A stretch of DNA of 64,000 nt from Candidatus Woesebacteria bacterium (GCA_016700095.1 CP065002.1:716175-780174), one strand, 5' to 3'. Shown: positions 9,720-20,196, counted from the stretch's first letter. Numbers and translations: made by a program. Notes: generated from the sequence alone by a model not told the origin.

Positions 9720-11396
9720 TTAGTCCTTAAGACCTTTGAGTAAATCCCTTCCTGTCATTACTTGGGGGATGGTGATATTCAATAACGACAAAATTGTAGG
9801 TGCCACATCAGCAAGAATCCCCGGAGTCAAGGTAATATTTTTCCCCATAAGTTTTGCATCCACGGCAATAAACGGCACCTTGTTGGTGCTATGTTCGGTA
9901 TCGATCTCGCCTGTTGTTAGATTTATCATCTCTTCAGCATTGCCATGGTCAGCAATAATAATGAGTACGCCATCATACGCGAGAACATAATTTGCAATTT
10001 TTCCAATACAATAATCAACCGTCTCCACAGCCTTAACTGCAGGACCGATATTGCCTGTATGGCCAACCATGTCGACATTCGGGAAATTAACAACTATCAA
10101 CGAATACTTACATGTAGTCATTTCCTTAAGCAGGGTATCAAGTAATTTCTGCGACGACATTTCCGGCTTTTGATCATACGTTGGAACTTGTGGTGATTGG
10201 ATAATTATCCGTTTTTCGCCCTTGTATGGTTCTTCTTGTAAGCCATTAAAATAAAAAGTCACAAAACGTTCTTTTTCCGATTCTGTTATTCTCAGCTGCA
10301 TCAAGTTATTTTCGGATATTATTTTTCCAAGCGGATCCACAACGGGAACAGGGGGGAAAGCAACTTTCGCTCCTGCTTCCACAATAGGTTTACTGTATTG
10401 TGTCATGGTTGAAAAATAAATATTTGATAAAAATATCCGTCTGTCAAAAGTGTTAATTTTTTCACGCAGGCGTTCATTGTGAGTATTTTCATAGTCGATT
10501 CGATACGGATCAAATTCGTGAAGTTCGGAAGCGTTCGAGAAATCTTTAAGCACGAAAGCTTTGGTAAGTTGTCGTGGCCGATCTATTCGGAAGTTAAAAA
10601 ATACCAATGCGTCATTGTTTTTAATAATCGCCACAGGATCACCTTTGTCATCGGTAATGATACTTGGCTCGATAAATTCATCGGTTTTACCTTTGTTATA
10701 TGAGGCTTCAACGGCATCAATGACATGTACATATTTCTCTCCTTTGCCTTCCGTTAACGCTTCGTAAGCTTTTTTGGTTCTATCCCATCTTTCATCTCGA
10801 TCCATCGCCCAATATCTCCCCATCAAAGTTGCTACTTTTCCGATATGTTCTTTGTTCAATACTTCGTATAATTCATTAATATATGTTTTTGCGGCAGTTG
10901 TGGGAGAATCTCTTCCGTCTGTAAAAAGATGTAGATACACCCTTTCAAAATTTCTGCGTTTTGCCAATTGAATGAGTGCATATAAATGATGAATATCGGA
11001 ATGGACGCCGCCAGCGCCGATTAAACCCATATAATGAACATTGGAGTTGTTTTTTGTGGCGTGATCGATTGCGCCATTTAAGACTTGGTTGTCAAAAAAG
11101 GATCCTTCAGCTATTGCCATATTTATTCTTTCAAGATCTTGATAAACAATTCTCCCTGCTCCAATGTTTAAGTGTCCGGTTTCAGTATTTCCATCTTCAC
11201 CTCGAGGTAATCCGACTGCTTCACCCGAGGCAGAAAGCTCAGTATGTGGAAAGGAATGTGTCAATCGGTCGATATTGGGAGTATTGGCTAAAGTTATGGC
11301 GTTACCCGGTCCTTCCGATGCAATTCCCCAACCGTCAAGAATTGCCAATACGACACATTTTTTATGTTTATTTATCATTTGGTTTAGTATAGACAC
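9720..11396 (-). CDS. gpmI: 2,3-bisphosphoglycerate-independent phosphoglycerate mutase
   Basis: 558 aa. N-terminal LAILDGWG phosphatase motif, metal-binding ADHGNAEEM, and overall iPGM length. Confidence 0.9.
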   Translation of the reverse strand: MSILNQMINKHKKCVVLAILDGWGIASEGPGNAITLANTPNIDRLTHSFPHTELSASGEAVGLPRGEDGNTETGHLNIGAGRIVYQDLERINMAIAEGSFFDNQVLNGAIDHATKNNSNVHYMGLIGAGGVHSDIHHLYALIQLAKRRNFERVYLHLFTDGRDSPTTAAKTYINELYEVLNKEHIGKVATLMGRYWAMDRDERWDRTKKAYEALTEGKGEKYVHVIDAVEASYNKGKTDEFIEPSIITDDKGDPVAIIKNNDALVFFNFRIDRPRQLTKAFVLKDFSNASELHEFDPYRIDYENTHNERLREKINTFDRRIFLSNIYFSTMTQYSKPIVEAGAKVAFPPVPVVDPLGKIISENNLMQLRITESEKERFVTFYFNGLQEEPYKGEKRIIIQSPQVPTYDQKPEMSSQKLLDTLLKEMTTCKYSLIVVNFPNVDMVGHTGNIGPAVKAVETVDYCIGKIANYVLAYDGVLIIIADHGNAEEMINLTTGEIDTEHSTNKVPFIAVDAKLMGKNITLTPGILADVAPTILSLLNITIPQVMTGRDLLKGLKD

Positions 11397-11427
11397 CTTT
11401 TATTAAAGAAGAAATACCGTGAAAGGG

Positions 11428-12693
11428 TTAATGTTTCAACAATTCTTGTTCGATAGTAAGAAGGCGATTGTATTTTTCAACTCTCTCCCCTCTTGCCGGT
11501 GCTCCAAATTTAACAAAGTCAGCACCCACCCCGACCGCAAAATCTGCGATGAACCAGTCATTTGTTTCCCCCGATCTGTGAGACACGATAACCTTCCAAC
11601 CTGCGTCTCTGGTTTGCTTAATTACTTTTAGTGTTTCCGTAACTGTCCCAATCTGATTTGGTTTAACAAGTATTGCATCACACGCTTTTTCCGATATGGC
11701 TTTTGCAACACGTTGGGGATTGGTTGCAAGTAAATCATCACCGACAATCGTAACCTGATCTTTCATTTCAGCATACAATTTCTTCCAGCTGTCCCACGCA
11801 TCTTCATGAAATGCGTCCTCTAAAATCGCCAGGTGATACTGATTATTTATACTTTTGTAATATTCCATCAGTCCTTCGTCTTTAAGGGGTGTCGATTTGT
11901 CCCGTATGGTGTATTCTCCGTTTTTATAAAATACGCTAGCTGCCACATCAAGTCCGAGAAATACATCTCGACCAAGCGAATAGTTGGTTTCCTTAATTGA
12001 TTCGACAACCACTTCGAGAGCATCGGCATTCGTAAATAGATTTGGAGCATAGCCACCTTCATCACCAACCGAATGCACTGCACCTCGTCGATCTAAATTT
12101 TTACCAAGAGTCATATATATTTCCGATCCTGTTCGCAGAGCTTCTGTGTATGATTTGCTCGACGCGGGAATTACCTGAAACTCCTGAAAATCCAAATTTC
12201 CGGAGCCGTGCAGTCCACCATTAACCATGTTAAATATAGGTGAAGGTACGTGGACTACGGGAGATAATCCAACTCCTTGTGCAAGCGAAGCAATCCACCG
12301 ATAGACAGTCGTGTTGTTGGCGTAAGCCGCCACTTTAGCAACAACTTGCGACACGGCGAGAATAGCATTAGATCCCATTTTCGATTTATTTGACGAGCCA
12401 TCAAGAGCAATGAGTTTGTCATCAATGGCGTTTTGATTCTCGACAGGCATACCGCTTAAACTTGGTCCTAAAATGTCGTTAATATTTTTGACAGCTTTCA
12501 AAACACCCTTGCCCAAAAAACGTTTTTCGTCCAGATCGCGCATTTCAACTGCCTCATGTGTCCCTGTTGATACACCCGCGGGTACACTGGTAACCGCAAT
12601 ATGACCTGTCCCCAACTGGCACGCCGCCTCGACGGTAGGAACACCACGCGAATCAAGAATTTCTCGTGCCCATATTTTTGTTATTGTAGACAT
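11428..12693 (-). CDS. eno: Enolase (copy 1, within the glycolytic cluster)
   Basis: ILDSRGVPTVE..., SHRSGETND, KPNQIGTVTE. Metal and catalytic residues conserved. Confidence 0.95.
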   Translation of the reverse strand: MSTITKIWAREILDSRGVPTVEAACQLGTGHIAVTSVPAGVSTGTHEAVEMRDLDEKRFLGKGVLKAVKNINDILGPSLSGMPVENQNAIDDKLIALDGSSNKSKMGSNAILAVSQVVAKVAAYANNTTVYRWIASLAQGVGLSPVVHVPSPIFNMVNGGLHGSGNLDFQEFQVIPASSKSYTEALRTGSEIYMTLGKNLDRRGAVHSVGDEGGYAPNLFTNADALEVVVESIKETNYSLGRDVFLGLDVAASVFYKNGEYTIRDKSTPLKDEGLMEYYKSINNQYHLAILEDAFHEDAWDSWKKLYAEMKDQVTIVGDDLLATNPQRVAKAISEKACDAILVKPNQIGTVTETLKVIKQTRDAGWKVIVSHRSGETNDWFIADFAVGVGADFVKFGAPARGERVEKYNRLLTIEQELLKH

Positions 12694-12888
12694 ATTATTT
12701 ATCCAATAATCGAATTTGTTATTATATGCGTATTAATGCACTTATCGCTTCCTATAACGTAATAAATTTAACCCACAACCTCACGCTTGTCGTACCATTG
12801 CTGATTCCGCGTACAATGTGTTACTTTGGTCGAAACAAAAAACCCACAAAAGTGGGCAATTACAACGCAATAAATCATAGAATTCGAG

Positions 12889-15180
12889 TTACTTCCCGAC
12901 AGCCAACTTTCTTTCTGCTTCGTGAATAACATTTCTCACCCTATCGACAGCATCAGGATTAACAGAAATGCTCGTTATTCCGTATCTAATTAGTTCTTCA
13001 ACTAAATCATCATACGTACTTGGCGCTTGTCCACAAATAGACGAACTTACTCCGCGTTTATTGCAAGCTTTTATTACTCTTTTAAACGCCCATGAAATTG
13101 CAGGAGATCTCTCGTCGAAATCGGCGGCAACCGTTTCATTATCACGGTCCGTACCGGTAACAAGCATCGTCAGATCATTGGAACCAAACGATATGCCATC
13201 AACACCAACATCCAAAAACTTATCAATAAGAATTACATTTATCGGAATTTCAACCATTAGCCAAAACTTAAAACTCGTATCTTCAAACAAGCCGTTGGAT
13301 GCGACAAGCCGTCGTACTTTTGCCAATTCTTCAGGAGATCTAACAAAGGGGATTTCAAGCCAAAGATTTTTGTGCATTTTGCGAACCTCTTTGATAGCTT
13401 GTAACTCCAAATTGAAAACTTCAGGTTGTGCAATATAGCGATATGCACCCCTAAATCCCAACATCGGATTTGGTTCTTGTGGCTCCCAAGACTCTCCTCC
13501 CTGAAGCGACCTATATTCATTAGTCTTGAAATCGGTTGCGCGATAAATAATTGGGCGTGTTCCGAAAGCAGAACAAAACGTAGACATGCCCTTGATAAGA
13601 TTTTCAATAAATACATCCTGCTTTTTTAGTTTAATTGCTTCTTTGGGATGAATACCGATGTTGGCAATCATAAACTCCGCACGAAGAAGGCCAACTCCAT
13701 CGACGTTGAGTTTAGCACCTTTTTTTGCCATCTCAACCTCGGCTAAATTTACATACACCTTAGTAGCCGTGCGTCCCTTGTAGTAATTTTTACTTTCTTC
13801 TTGTGCTTTGCTGTGTATAACTTTCGTACCAACATAGATATTCCCGGTCGTTCCATCAACCGTAACAATGTCATTTTCTTTGAGCTTTTTGGTTGCGTCG
13901 TTGGTACCGACCACACACGGAATACCCAATTCCCTTGAGACTATTGCAGCATGTGATGTCATCCCTCCTTTGTCGGTCACAATTGCACTCGCCTTTTTCA
14001 TGGCAGGCACATAATCAGGTGAAGTCATCTCGGCAACCAACACGTCTCCTTCTTTAACTTTATTAATTTCTTTAGGGCTTTTCAGAATTTTAGCCGGCCC
14101 CGTTCCTACTCCAGGGCTAGCCGAAGAACCCGAGAGAATGGGCAAATCACCATGCTTAACAGTTTCACCTCCTGCGAGTTTTGTCGATTTATCATCATGT
14201 GATTTTTTATTTTTATCGGGTATCGTCGTTACCGGCCTTGTTTGCGTTATAAATAAGTCATTTTTTTCTTTTGCCCATTCGATATCTTGAGGGAAGTAAT
14301 AATGCTCTTGCAATTTATTTGCCAGTTTAGCCAAAGCTACAACCTCGTCGTCTGATATTTTTTGCTTATCTTTAATTTTTGCGGGTACTTCTTGCTCGAT
14401 CGTTTTGGATCCTATTTTAATCAATCTGACATTTTGTTCGGAGACTTCTTTGGACAAAATTGCATAGGTATCTTTTTGTACTACGTATCTATCGGGTAAA
14501 ACCGATCCTTGAACGATTAATTCACCCAATCCCCACACTGCCTCGATAATAATTCGATCTTTGTCATTTGTGACAGGATCAATTGAAAACATTACACCGC
14601 TCACATCTGACTGGACCATTTTCTGGACAATGACAGAAATTTTTACCTGATCATTTCTTATTTTATTTTGTTTACGATAAAAGATTGCCCGAGCCGTAAA
14701 AAGCGATGCCCAACATTCCCTGACAGCAATTAGTAAATTGGTATCTCCTTTGATATTTAAAAATGTCGCTTGTTGTCCTGCAAATGATGCACCCGGTAAA
14801 TCTTCGGCGGTTGCCGATGACCTAACTGCAACTAATTGTTTTTTGAATCTCGGTGATAATTTCTTATAAGCTCTTTTTACCTCAAAGCCGATTTCATCCG
14901 GAATTGGTGCACGAATAATCAGATCCTGAATTTTTTTAGATTGCCTTTGGAGACTGTCGGAATCATCGACATCAAGGTCTTTGAGAAAAAGATCAATCTG
15001 ATCTGCTAAATTGTTATGCGCCAAAAACATTTCGTATGAAGCTACGGTTATCGCAAATCCACCGGGAACGGGAAACTTCGCTTGAGTCATCTCACCAAGA
15101 TTAGCGCCCTTTCCCCCAACCATGGGTAGATCGTTTTTATCAATATCTCTAAAAAAGGCAATAAGTGGTTTAGTCGACAT
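12889..15180 (-). CDS. ppsA: Phosphoenolpyruvate synthase / pyruvate, water dikinase (PpsA-like)
   Basis: 763 aa. N-terminal ATP-grasp region (PMVGGKGANLGEM). Phospho-His swivel domain (GGMTSHAAIVSRELGIPCVVG). C-terminal PEP-utilising TIM barrel. Length fits PpsA rather than PPDK. Confidence 0.75.
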   Translation of the reverse strand: MSTKPLIAFFRDIDKNDLPMVGGKGANLGEMTQAKFPVPGGFAITVASYEMFLAHNNLADQIDLFLKDLDVDDSDSLQRQSKKIQDLIIRAPIPDEIGFEVKRAYKKLSPRFKKQLVAVRSSATAEDLPGASFAGQQATFLNIKGDTNLLIAVRECWASLFTARAIFYRKQNKIRNDQVKISVIVQKMVQSDVSGVMFSIDPVTNDKDRIIIEAVWGLGELIVQGSVLPDRYVVQKDTYAILSKEVSEQNVRLIKIGSKTIEQEVPAKIKDKQKISDDEVVALAKLANKLQEHYYFPQDIEWAKEKNDLFITQTRPVTTIPDKNKKSHDDKSTKLAGGETVKHGDLPILSGSSASPGVGTGPAKILKSPKEINKVKEGDVLVAEMTSPDYVPAMKKASAIVTDKGGMTSHAAIVSRELGIPCVVGTNDATKKLKENDIVTVDGTTGNIYVGTKVIHSKAQEESKNYYKGRTATKVYVNLAEVEMAKKGAKLNVDGVGLLRAEFMIANIGIHPKEAIKLKKQDVFIENLIKGMSTFCSAFGTRPIIYRATDFKTNEYRSLQGGESWEPQEPNPMLGFRGAYRYIAQPEVFNLELQAIKEVRKMHKNLWLEIPFVRSPEELAKVRRLVASNGLFEDTSFKFWLMVEIPINVILIDKFLDVGVDGISFGSNDLTMLVTGTDRDNETVAADFDERSPAISWAFKRVIKACNKRGVSSSICGQAPSTYDDLVEELIRYGITSISVNPDAVDRVRNVIHEAERKLAVGK

Positions 15181-15239
15181 AAGGCAGTTTCAGCTAATAC
15201 TCATCTTCGCAGATAATTTCAGTTTTGGCAAGATGATTA

Positions 15240-16325
15240 TTAATTTTTCCCCAAAGGTTGCCCCATACGGGTTTTGAAATAGTCAACCCACGGAATTGGA
15301 GCCGGATTTTGTTCGTACAGCATCGATAAATAGAAATTTGCCAGTGCACCAAACTGAATAAGTTCAAAAGCCTGAGATAACTTGGTTTGCGCGGTGCATG
15401 TGTAATGATAAAAACTCAAGTTATTTTTTTCCACAACGTCTTTGGTTATTCCGAATCGTTTATTAATTTTATCGGAGTAAAGGTTGGAATTTACAAATAA
15501 CATAAAAAGATTTTGTGAATTAGTGGATGGATGCATCAGGCCTTCCATTAAATGGTGGTTCAATTCAGGAATAGTAAAGTCGGCTGAAAACGTTTTGGCA
15601 TTCTCGTTGAGTTGATTATTGATAGTATGGGTAGCACCGGTTAAATGACTAGCTGAAATATAAAATATATTTTTTGAGTACATAAGCCTTGCCAGTTTTT
15701 TGGCAGCGTTGTCGGCTTCATTAATTTCAATGCTGTTTTTTTCCAATATACTTTTCATTGCGATTACAAGTTGATCCAAATCATCTTTGGTAAAATCAAA
15801 TAATCCCAATTTTGAAGCCAATACCAGTTGACCAACAATTGAATATCCAATTGCCATTCTTGGTTGATTGGAGGGATTAAATTTAGGATCAATCTGATAG
15901 TAAGGAACGCCGTGTTTTTTGGCTTCATCGATTAACGTACCTCCGGTTCCAATCGCCATCCATTTTGCTTTTCTTTCGAGTGCTTGTCGAACGTTTTCGA
16001 GTGTTTCTTCTGTTGTTCCTGAATACGATGAGCATATTACAAGCGAATTTTCGTTAACAAAATTGGGGATATTGTAGTCATTTACCCGGACAAGCGGAAA
16101 TTTGTTGGTGTCAAAATATACACTTTCAATCACTCTGGCACCAAGACCCGATCCACCCATACCGGCCATAACAAGGTTTTCGATATTACCAAATTCTTCC
16201 GGAACATTAACCAGATTAGCCTTTTCGTAAGCGTCGAGACATTGATCGGGTAGTGCCTCAACCGAACCAAGAACATTTTCCAGATCTAGTTGTGAAATAC
16301 TTTCTCGAGAGTTGATGTCAACCAT
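15240..16325 (-). CDS. SIS-domain bifunctional phosphoglucose/phosphomannose isomerase-like
   Basis: 361 aa with an SIS fold (MAGMGGSGLGARV, SYSGTTEE). Resembles archaeal/bacterial bifunctional PGI/PMI. Lies inside the glycolysis gene block. Confidence 0.55.
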   Translation of the reverse strand: MVDINSRESISQLDLENVLGSVEALPDQCLDAYEKANLVNVPEEFGNIENLVMAGMGGSGLGARVIESVYFDTNKFPLVRVNDYNIPNFVNENSLVICSSYSGTTEETLENVRQALERKAKWMAIGTGGTLIDEAKKHGVPYYQIDPKFNPSNQPRMAIGYSIVGQLVLASKLGLFDFTKDDLDQLVIAMKSILEKNSIEINEADNAAKKLARLMYSKNIFYISASHLTGATHTINNQLNENAKTFSADFTIPELNHHLMEGLMHPSTNSQNLFMLFVNSNLYSDKINKRFGITKDVVEKNNLSFYHYTCTAQTKLSQAFELIQFGALANFYLSMLYEQNPAPIPWVDYFKTRMGQPLGKN

Positions 16326-16397
16326 AATATGACTATATCGTCGAATATTAATCTTTCCAATCCTTGAAAGGTCTGTCCTTTAAAGGTAACATTATTT

Positions 16398-17081
16398 ATG
16401 CCTAGTCCAAATATTTTAAAAACTTATGTAAAGGGTGGTTACTATCATATATATAACAGAGGTGTGGCAAAACAACATATATTTCTTGACAGTAAAGATT
16501 ACCACGTCTTTTTGAGTTATCTTAAAGATGCTTTGATCAAACCCATTCCCAAATCATTTAAAAAAATTGAGGTAAGCTTTAAAGGACAGACCTTTAAAGG
16601 TATTCCTAGACCGGTAAATAATTACTTTGACAAAATATCGCTTGTTTGTTATTGCCTGATGCCAAATCACTTTCATCTCGTAGTTCAACAAACTGAAATA
16701 TCATCAATGCAAAACTTCATGAAGTCTGTTTCAACCAGATACTCTCAGTATTTTAATAAACGTTACGATAGAATTGGGCCTTTGTTCCAGGGAAGATATA
16801 AGGCTGCACTTATTACGGATGATCACTATCTACTTCACCTTTCCCGTTACATCCACCTTAACCCCCTCGGAATGGTAAAGAGTTTGGAATCCGCATATTC
16901 ATCATATTCTAATTATCTTGGAACACGAAACACTTCATGGATTAATCCGAATATCGTTCTTGAGTTTTTCAACAAAAATAAGGATGTCCAATTTAAAAAC
17001 AACCTGACTTATAAAAGCTTTGTCGAAGATATAAAAATCAATAGTAAAAAAGCTTTGGGGAAGAAAGCAATTGATTGGTGA
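16398..17081 (+). CDS. IS200/IS605-family Y1 (HuH) transposase-domain protein (RAYT/TnpA-like), no TnpB partner
   Basis: YHIYNRG...IF motif and HuH motif LMPNHFHLVV, with downstream Tyr-containing region (RYIHLNP). Only plus-strand gene within a long minus-strand run. Flanked upstream by CCTTGAAAGG/CCTTTAAAGG near-repeats (16360-16390). Confidence 0.7.
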   Translation: MPSPNILKTYVKGGYYHIYNRGVAKQHIFLDSKDYHVFLSYLKDALIKPIPKSFKKIEVSFKGQTFKGIPRPVNNYFDKISLVCYCLMPNHFHLVVQQTEISSMQNFMKSVSTRYSQYFNKRYDRIGPLFQGRYKAALITDDHYLLHLSRYIHLNPLGMVKSLESAYSSYSNYLGTRNTSWINPNIVLEFFNKNKDVQFKNNLTYKSFVEDIKINSKKALGKKAIDW

Positions 17082-17104
17082 TCTAACGATTCGGATTGCG
17101 AAGC

Positions 17105-18481
17105 TTACTCTTTAATGGCATATTGCGTAATCAAACTCAACACTTCATCTCTTTTTTTCTCCATAACGTCTTTTGTTCTTGCTTCCAAATTTAGTCTGAG
17201 TAAGGGTTCGGTGTTTGATGAACGTACGTTAAATCTGTAATCACCATATTCAACTGAAATGCCATCTACAAATTCTTGTTTTCCGTCTCCATATTTTGCT
17301 TTAATGAGTTCCATCACCATGTCAACGTCGGTTACTTTTGTATTTATTTCTCCCGAAATTACATATTTATTAATCCACACTCTTGCGATCTCAGATAGTT
17401 TTTTTGAATGTTCAGACACATATTCTAGTACTTGTACAACAGGTAACATACCACTATCTGCGTACCAAAAATCTCGATAATATTCATGTCCACTCGATTC
17501 GCCACCAAAATAAGCATCTTCTTTCCTCATCCTTTGCTTAATATATGAGTGTCCGACTCTCTCGAGTACAGGCGTTCCCCCATTTGTTTTAATACTATCA
17601 ATCAACGCCCAGGTATACCTTGGGTCGTAAATAATTTTTTCTGATGGATGTTTCTTTAAAATTGCCTCAATCAAGATAGCATTCATATAGTAAGGTTCAA
17701 GAAACACCCCACCATCCGCACAAAAAAACACTCGATCAGCATCCGCATCCCAAGTTATACCCAAATCTGCATCTTCGGACTTAACCAATTCTATAAATTC
17801 TACTCGATTTTCGGGCATGAAAGGATCAGGCCTACCCTTAGGAAAAGTTCCGTCAGGTTCCGCGTTTAAGGGAATTATTGTTAACGGTAAATTACCCAAT
17901 TCGATCAGTCTTTCAAATACCTTCCCCGCAAAACCAAAATTAGGATTATAAACAATCTTCATGGGTTTAATTTTCTTTATATCAACCCAATTTAAAACGA
18001 ATTTACAGTAGTCATCGACAATATCTATTTTTCTGACACTTCCTTTTTGCTTTTTCTCAAATACTCCTTTCTCGATAAAATCTCTAATTTGTGATACTCC
18101 AGTTTCTAGAGTAAGAGGAATTACTTTTTCCCTAACCATCTTGGCACCGTGCCATTCAGGTGGATTATGTGAAGCGGTAACCTGAATACCCCCCGCAAAA
18201 TCAAAGTTTCCGACACCAAAATAATACATATCAGTAGAAATCAAACCGACATCTACAACGTTTACTCCAGCATCGGTAAGACCTTCAATTAAACTTTTTT
18301 TAAGTGGTTCCGAATAAACACGCACATCATGACCAACCATAACTTCACCTTGAGGATTAACAACTGAAACATAAGCGTGTCCTAAACCATAAAAAAGATC
18401 CTCGTTAAGTTGATCGGGGTATATACCTCTAATGTCATATGCCTTGAAGATGGAAGCATCAATCTTCATAATGACATTCAT
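17105..18481 (-). CDS. Phosphoglucomutase/phosphomannomutase
   Basis: Active-site loop TASHNPPEWHG with phosphoserine; alpha-D-phosphohexomutase four-domain length (458 aa). Confidence 0.85.
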   Translation of the reverse strand: MNVIMKIDASIFKAYDIRGIYPDQLNEDLFYGLGHAYVSVVNPQGEVMVGHDVRVYSEPLKKSLIEGLTDAGVNVVDVGLISTDMYYFGVGNFDFAGGIQVTASHNPPEWHGAKMVREKVIPLTLETGVSQIRDFIEKGVFEKKQKGSVRKIDIVDDYCKFVLNWVDIKKIKPMKIVYNPNFGFAGKVFERLIELGNLPLTIIPLNAEPDGTFPKGRPDPFMPENRVEFIELVKSEDADLGITWDADADRVFFCADGGVFLEPYYMNAILIEAILKKHPSEKIIYDPRYTWALIDSIKTNGGTPVLERVGHSYIKQRMRKEDAYFGGESSGHEYYRDFWYADSGMLPVVQVLEYVSEHSKKLSEIARVWINKYVISGEINTKVTDVDMVMELIKAKYGDGKQEFVDGISVEYGDYRFNVRSSNTEPLLRLNLEARTKDVMEKKRDEVLSLITQYAIKE

Positions 18482-19152
18482 TCTAAATTGTCAATAATCA
18501 TAAAGTCAAGTAAATCAGCTAAATTATCGCTTGATGTTTTTGAGGCGATATCGATTTCGGCTAAACCGTGAATAAATGCTTCAAGTTTATCACCCTCAAA
18601 CTTTGCTGCTTGCGTTTTCAATTTCGAGATGCGCCAAGGAGATTGTTTGAAACTATCCGGATCGGTTTGAACGTGATACAAATCTTTTAAATGTCCGGCA
18701 AGCATGGCAACAACAAACTCAGCCGGTTTATTGTCGAGCGTTCTATGCAACAAATTTAAACATCTCTCTAAATTCCCAGGATAAACAGAATCCAAAAACA
18801 TCCATATTTCGTTCGGAAGTTCGAATAATTCCTCTTTAGCGACCTTAGGGAGATTTTTCTTTACTGCGGCACTTATTCGCGAAGTCAGGTAAATAACACT
18901 CGTATCTTCACTTTTATCATTGGACTTACTAAACCATTCCATTTCCTTTTTACCCACTTTTCCCAAATTCTCTAATATATAAAGCTTCTTGGTTTCAAAC
19001 AACGTGTTTGCCGACATTTTTTCCTGAAGGTTTTCTTTGGCACAGTCAATTTTTATGATTTCGATTTTTCTATCCCGTGCACTGTCGATAAACTTCTGCA
19101 GTCTAGCTCTACTTTGCTCAATATCATCACCATGTATCAAAATTAATTTCAT
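18478..19152 (-). CDS. holA: DNA polymerase III delta subunit (HolA), short
   Basis: Begins MKLILIHGDD. C-terminal delta domain similarity (AMLAGHLKDLYHVQ...AEIDIASKTSSDNLADLL). 4-bp overlap with the downstream gene. Confidence 0.55.
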   Translation of the reverse strand: MKLILIHGDDIEQSRARLQKFIDSARDRKIEIIKIDCAKENLQEKMSANTLFETKKLYILENLGKVGKKEMEWFSKSNDKSEDTSVIYLTSRISAAVKKNLPKVAKEELFELPNEIWMFLDSVYPGNLERCLNLLHRTLDNKPAEFVVAMLAGHLKDLYHVQTDPDSFKQSPWRISKLKTQAAKFEGDKLEAFIHGLAEIDIASKTSSDNLADLLDFMIIDNLE

Positions 19153-19560
19153 CTAGCGTTTTTTATTTTTGTAAAGTGTTACTAATTCATGTACTCTGTC
19201 GTGGAAATTTCTTGACCCGCGTTTTCTGATATGCGGTAGTAAACTTCCCGAAAAGTTTTTTGGGATATGACAAAGTTCATGCAGAAGTACTTCATCCTGT
19301 TTATCTTCTGTTAGTGAGTCAAATTTTTCCGATAATACTTCAATGCAGTAGGACGGTTTTTGACTTAATGCTTGTTGCCAAATTTGCCCCAAACCCCAAA
19401 TACGTGCATATGCTCGAGCCTGTGAATTTTTTGAGCGAAAACAGTATATTGACGAATTATCAATCCAGGTCATATTTAACGATGATACCAAATCCGCAAT
19501 TCTCACTTGAATATCATATGCCCTCTCCCAATTGACTGAACTTTTTGGTCTTTTTTTCAT
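19153..19560 (-). CDS. Putative HExxH zinc-metallopeptidase-like protein (SprT/DUF45-like)
   Basis: LLHELCHIP motif followed by a second His/Asp-containing segment (NFHDRVHEL). 135 aa, sits between ruvC and holA. Confidence 0.35.
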   Translation of the reverse strand: MKKRPKSSVNWERAYDIQVRIADLVSSLNMTWIDNSSIYCFRSKNSQARAYARIWGLGQIWQQALSQKPSYCIEVLSEKFDSLTEDKQDEVLLHELCHIPKNFSGSLLPHIRKRGSRNFHDRVHELVTLYKNKKR

Positions 19561-19563
19561 AAG

Positions 19564-20094
19564 CTAATCTTCTTGAAGTTCGGTTAGTGACATGGCATGA
19601 CACAGTGCAACGGCTAATGCGTCAGCCTCATTGTCAAAATGCGTTTTCTTTTTTGGTTTACTTTTTATACTGTTTCCCAAATAATCTCTAACCGACTTTT
19701 GTACCTGCTTTTTGTCAGCTCGGCCATTTCCGGCCACAATTTTTTTGATTGTCATCGGGGAATACTCGACAACTGCAATACTAAAATGTGCCGCTGCCAT
19801 AAGCATCACACCTTGCGCTTGACCGACGCGAATTGCTGTTTTTCGATTAGTTGCAAAGAATACTTTCTCGATAGCCATTACGTGCGGTTTGTGTTTTTCG
19901 ATAATTTTACGCAATTCATTGTGAATGAAGTAAAGCCTCTCACCAGGGGTATTTAACATTGTGGTTTCGATTAACCCAAAATCACCCGCTGTATAATGTC
20001 CGTTTAGCTTTTCACCTTCTTTGGGCAATTTATGAATATTTAAAAATCCATATCCTGTCGTTGCGGTTCCGGGATCTATCCCAAGTATAAGCAT
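19564..20094 (-). CDS. ruvC: Holliday junction resolvase RuvC
   Basis: MLILGIDPGTATTGYG with catalytic Asp. 176 aa, RNase H-like fold. Confidence 0.9.
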   Translation of the reverse strand: MLILGIDPGTATTGYGFLNIHKLPKEGEKLNGHYTAGDFGLIETTMLNTPGERLYFIHNELRKIIEKHKPHVMAIEKVFFATNRKTAIRVGQAQGVMLMAAAHFSIAVVEYSPMTIKKIVAGNGRADKKQVQKSVRDYLGNSIKSKPKKKTHFDNEADALAVALCHAMSLTELQED

Positions 20095-20196
20095 TGTTTA
20101 ATTATAACAGTAGTTGGTGTAATAAAATCACCGATTGTTCCATTGATTATTTGCCCGTTAACGGCAGGGGCCATTTTTGAGGATTAAAATAAAAAG

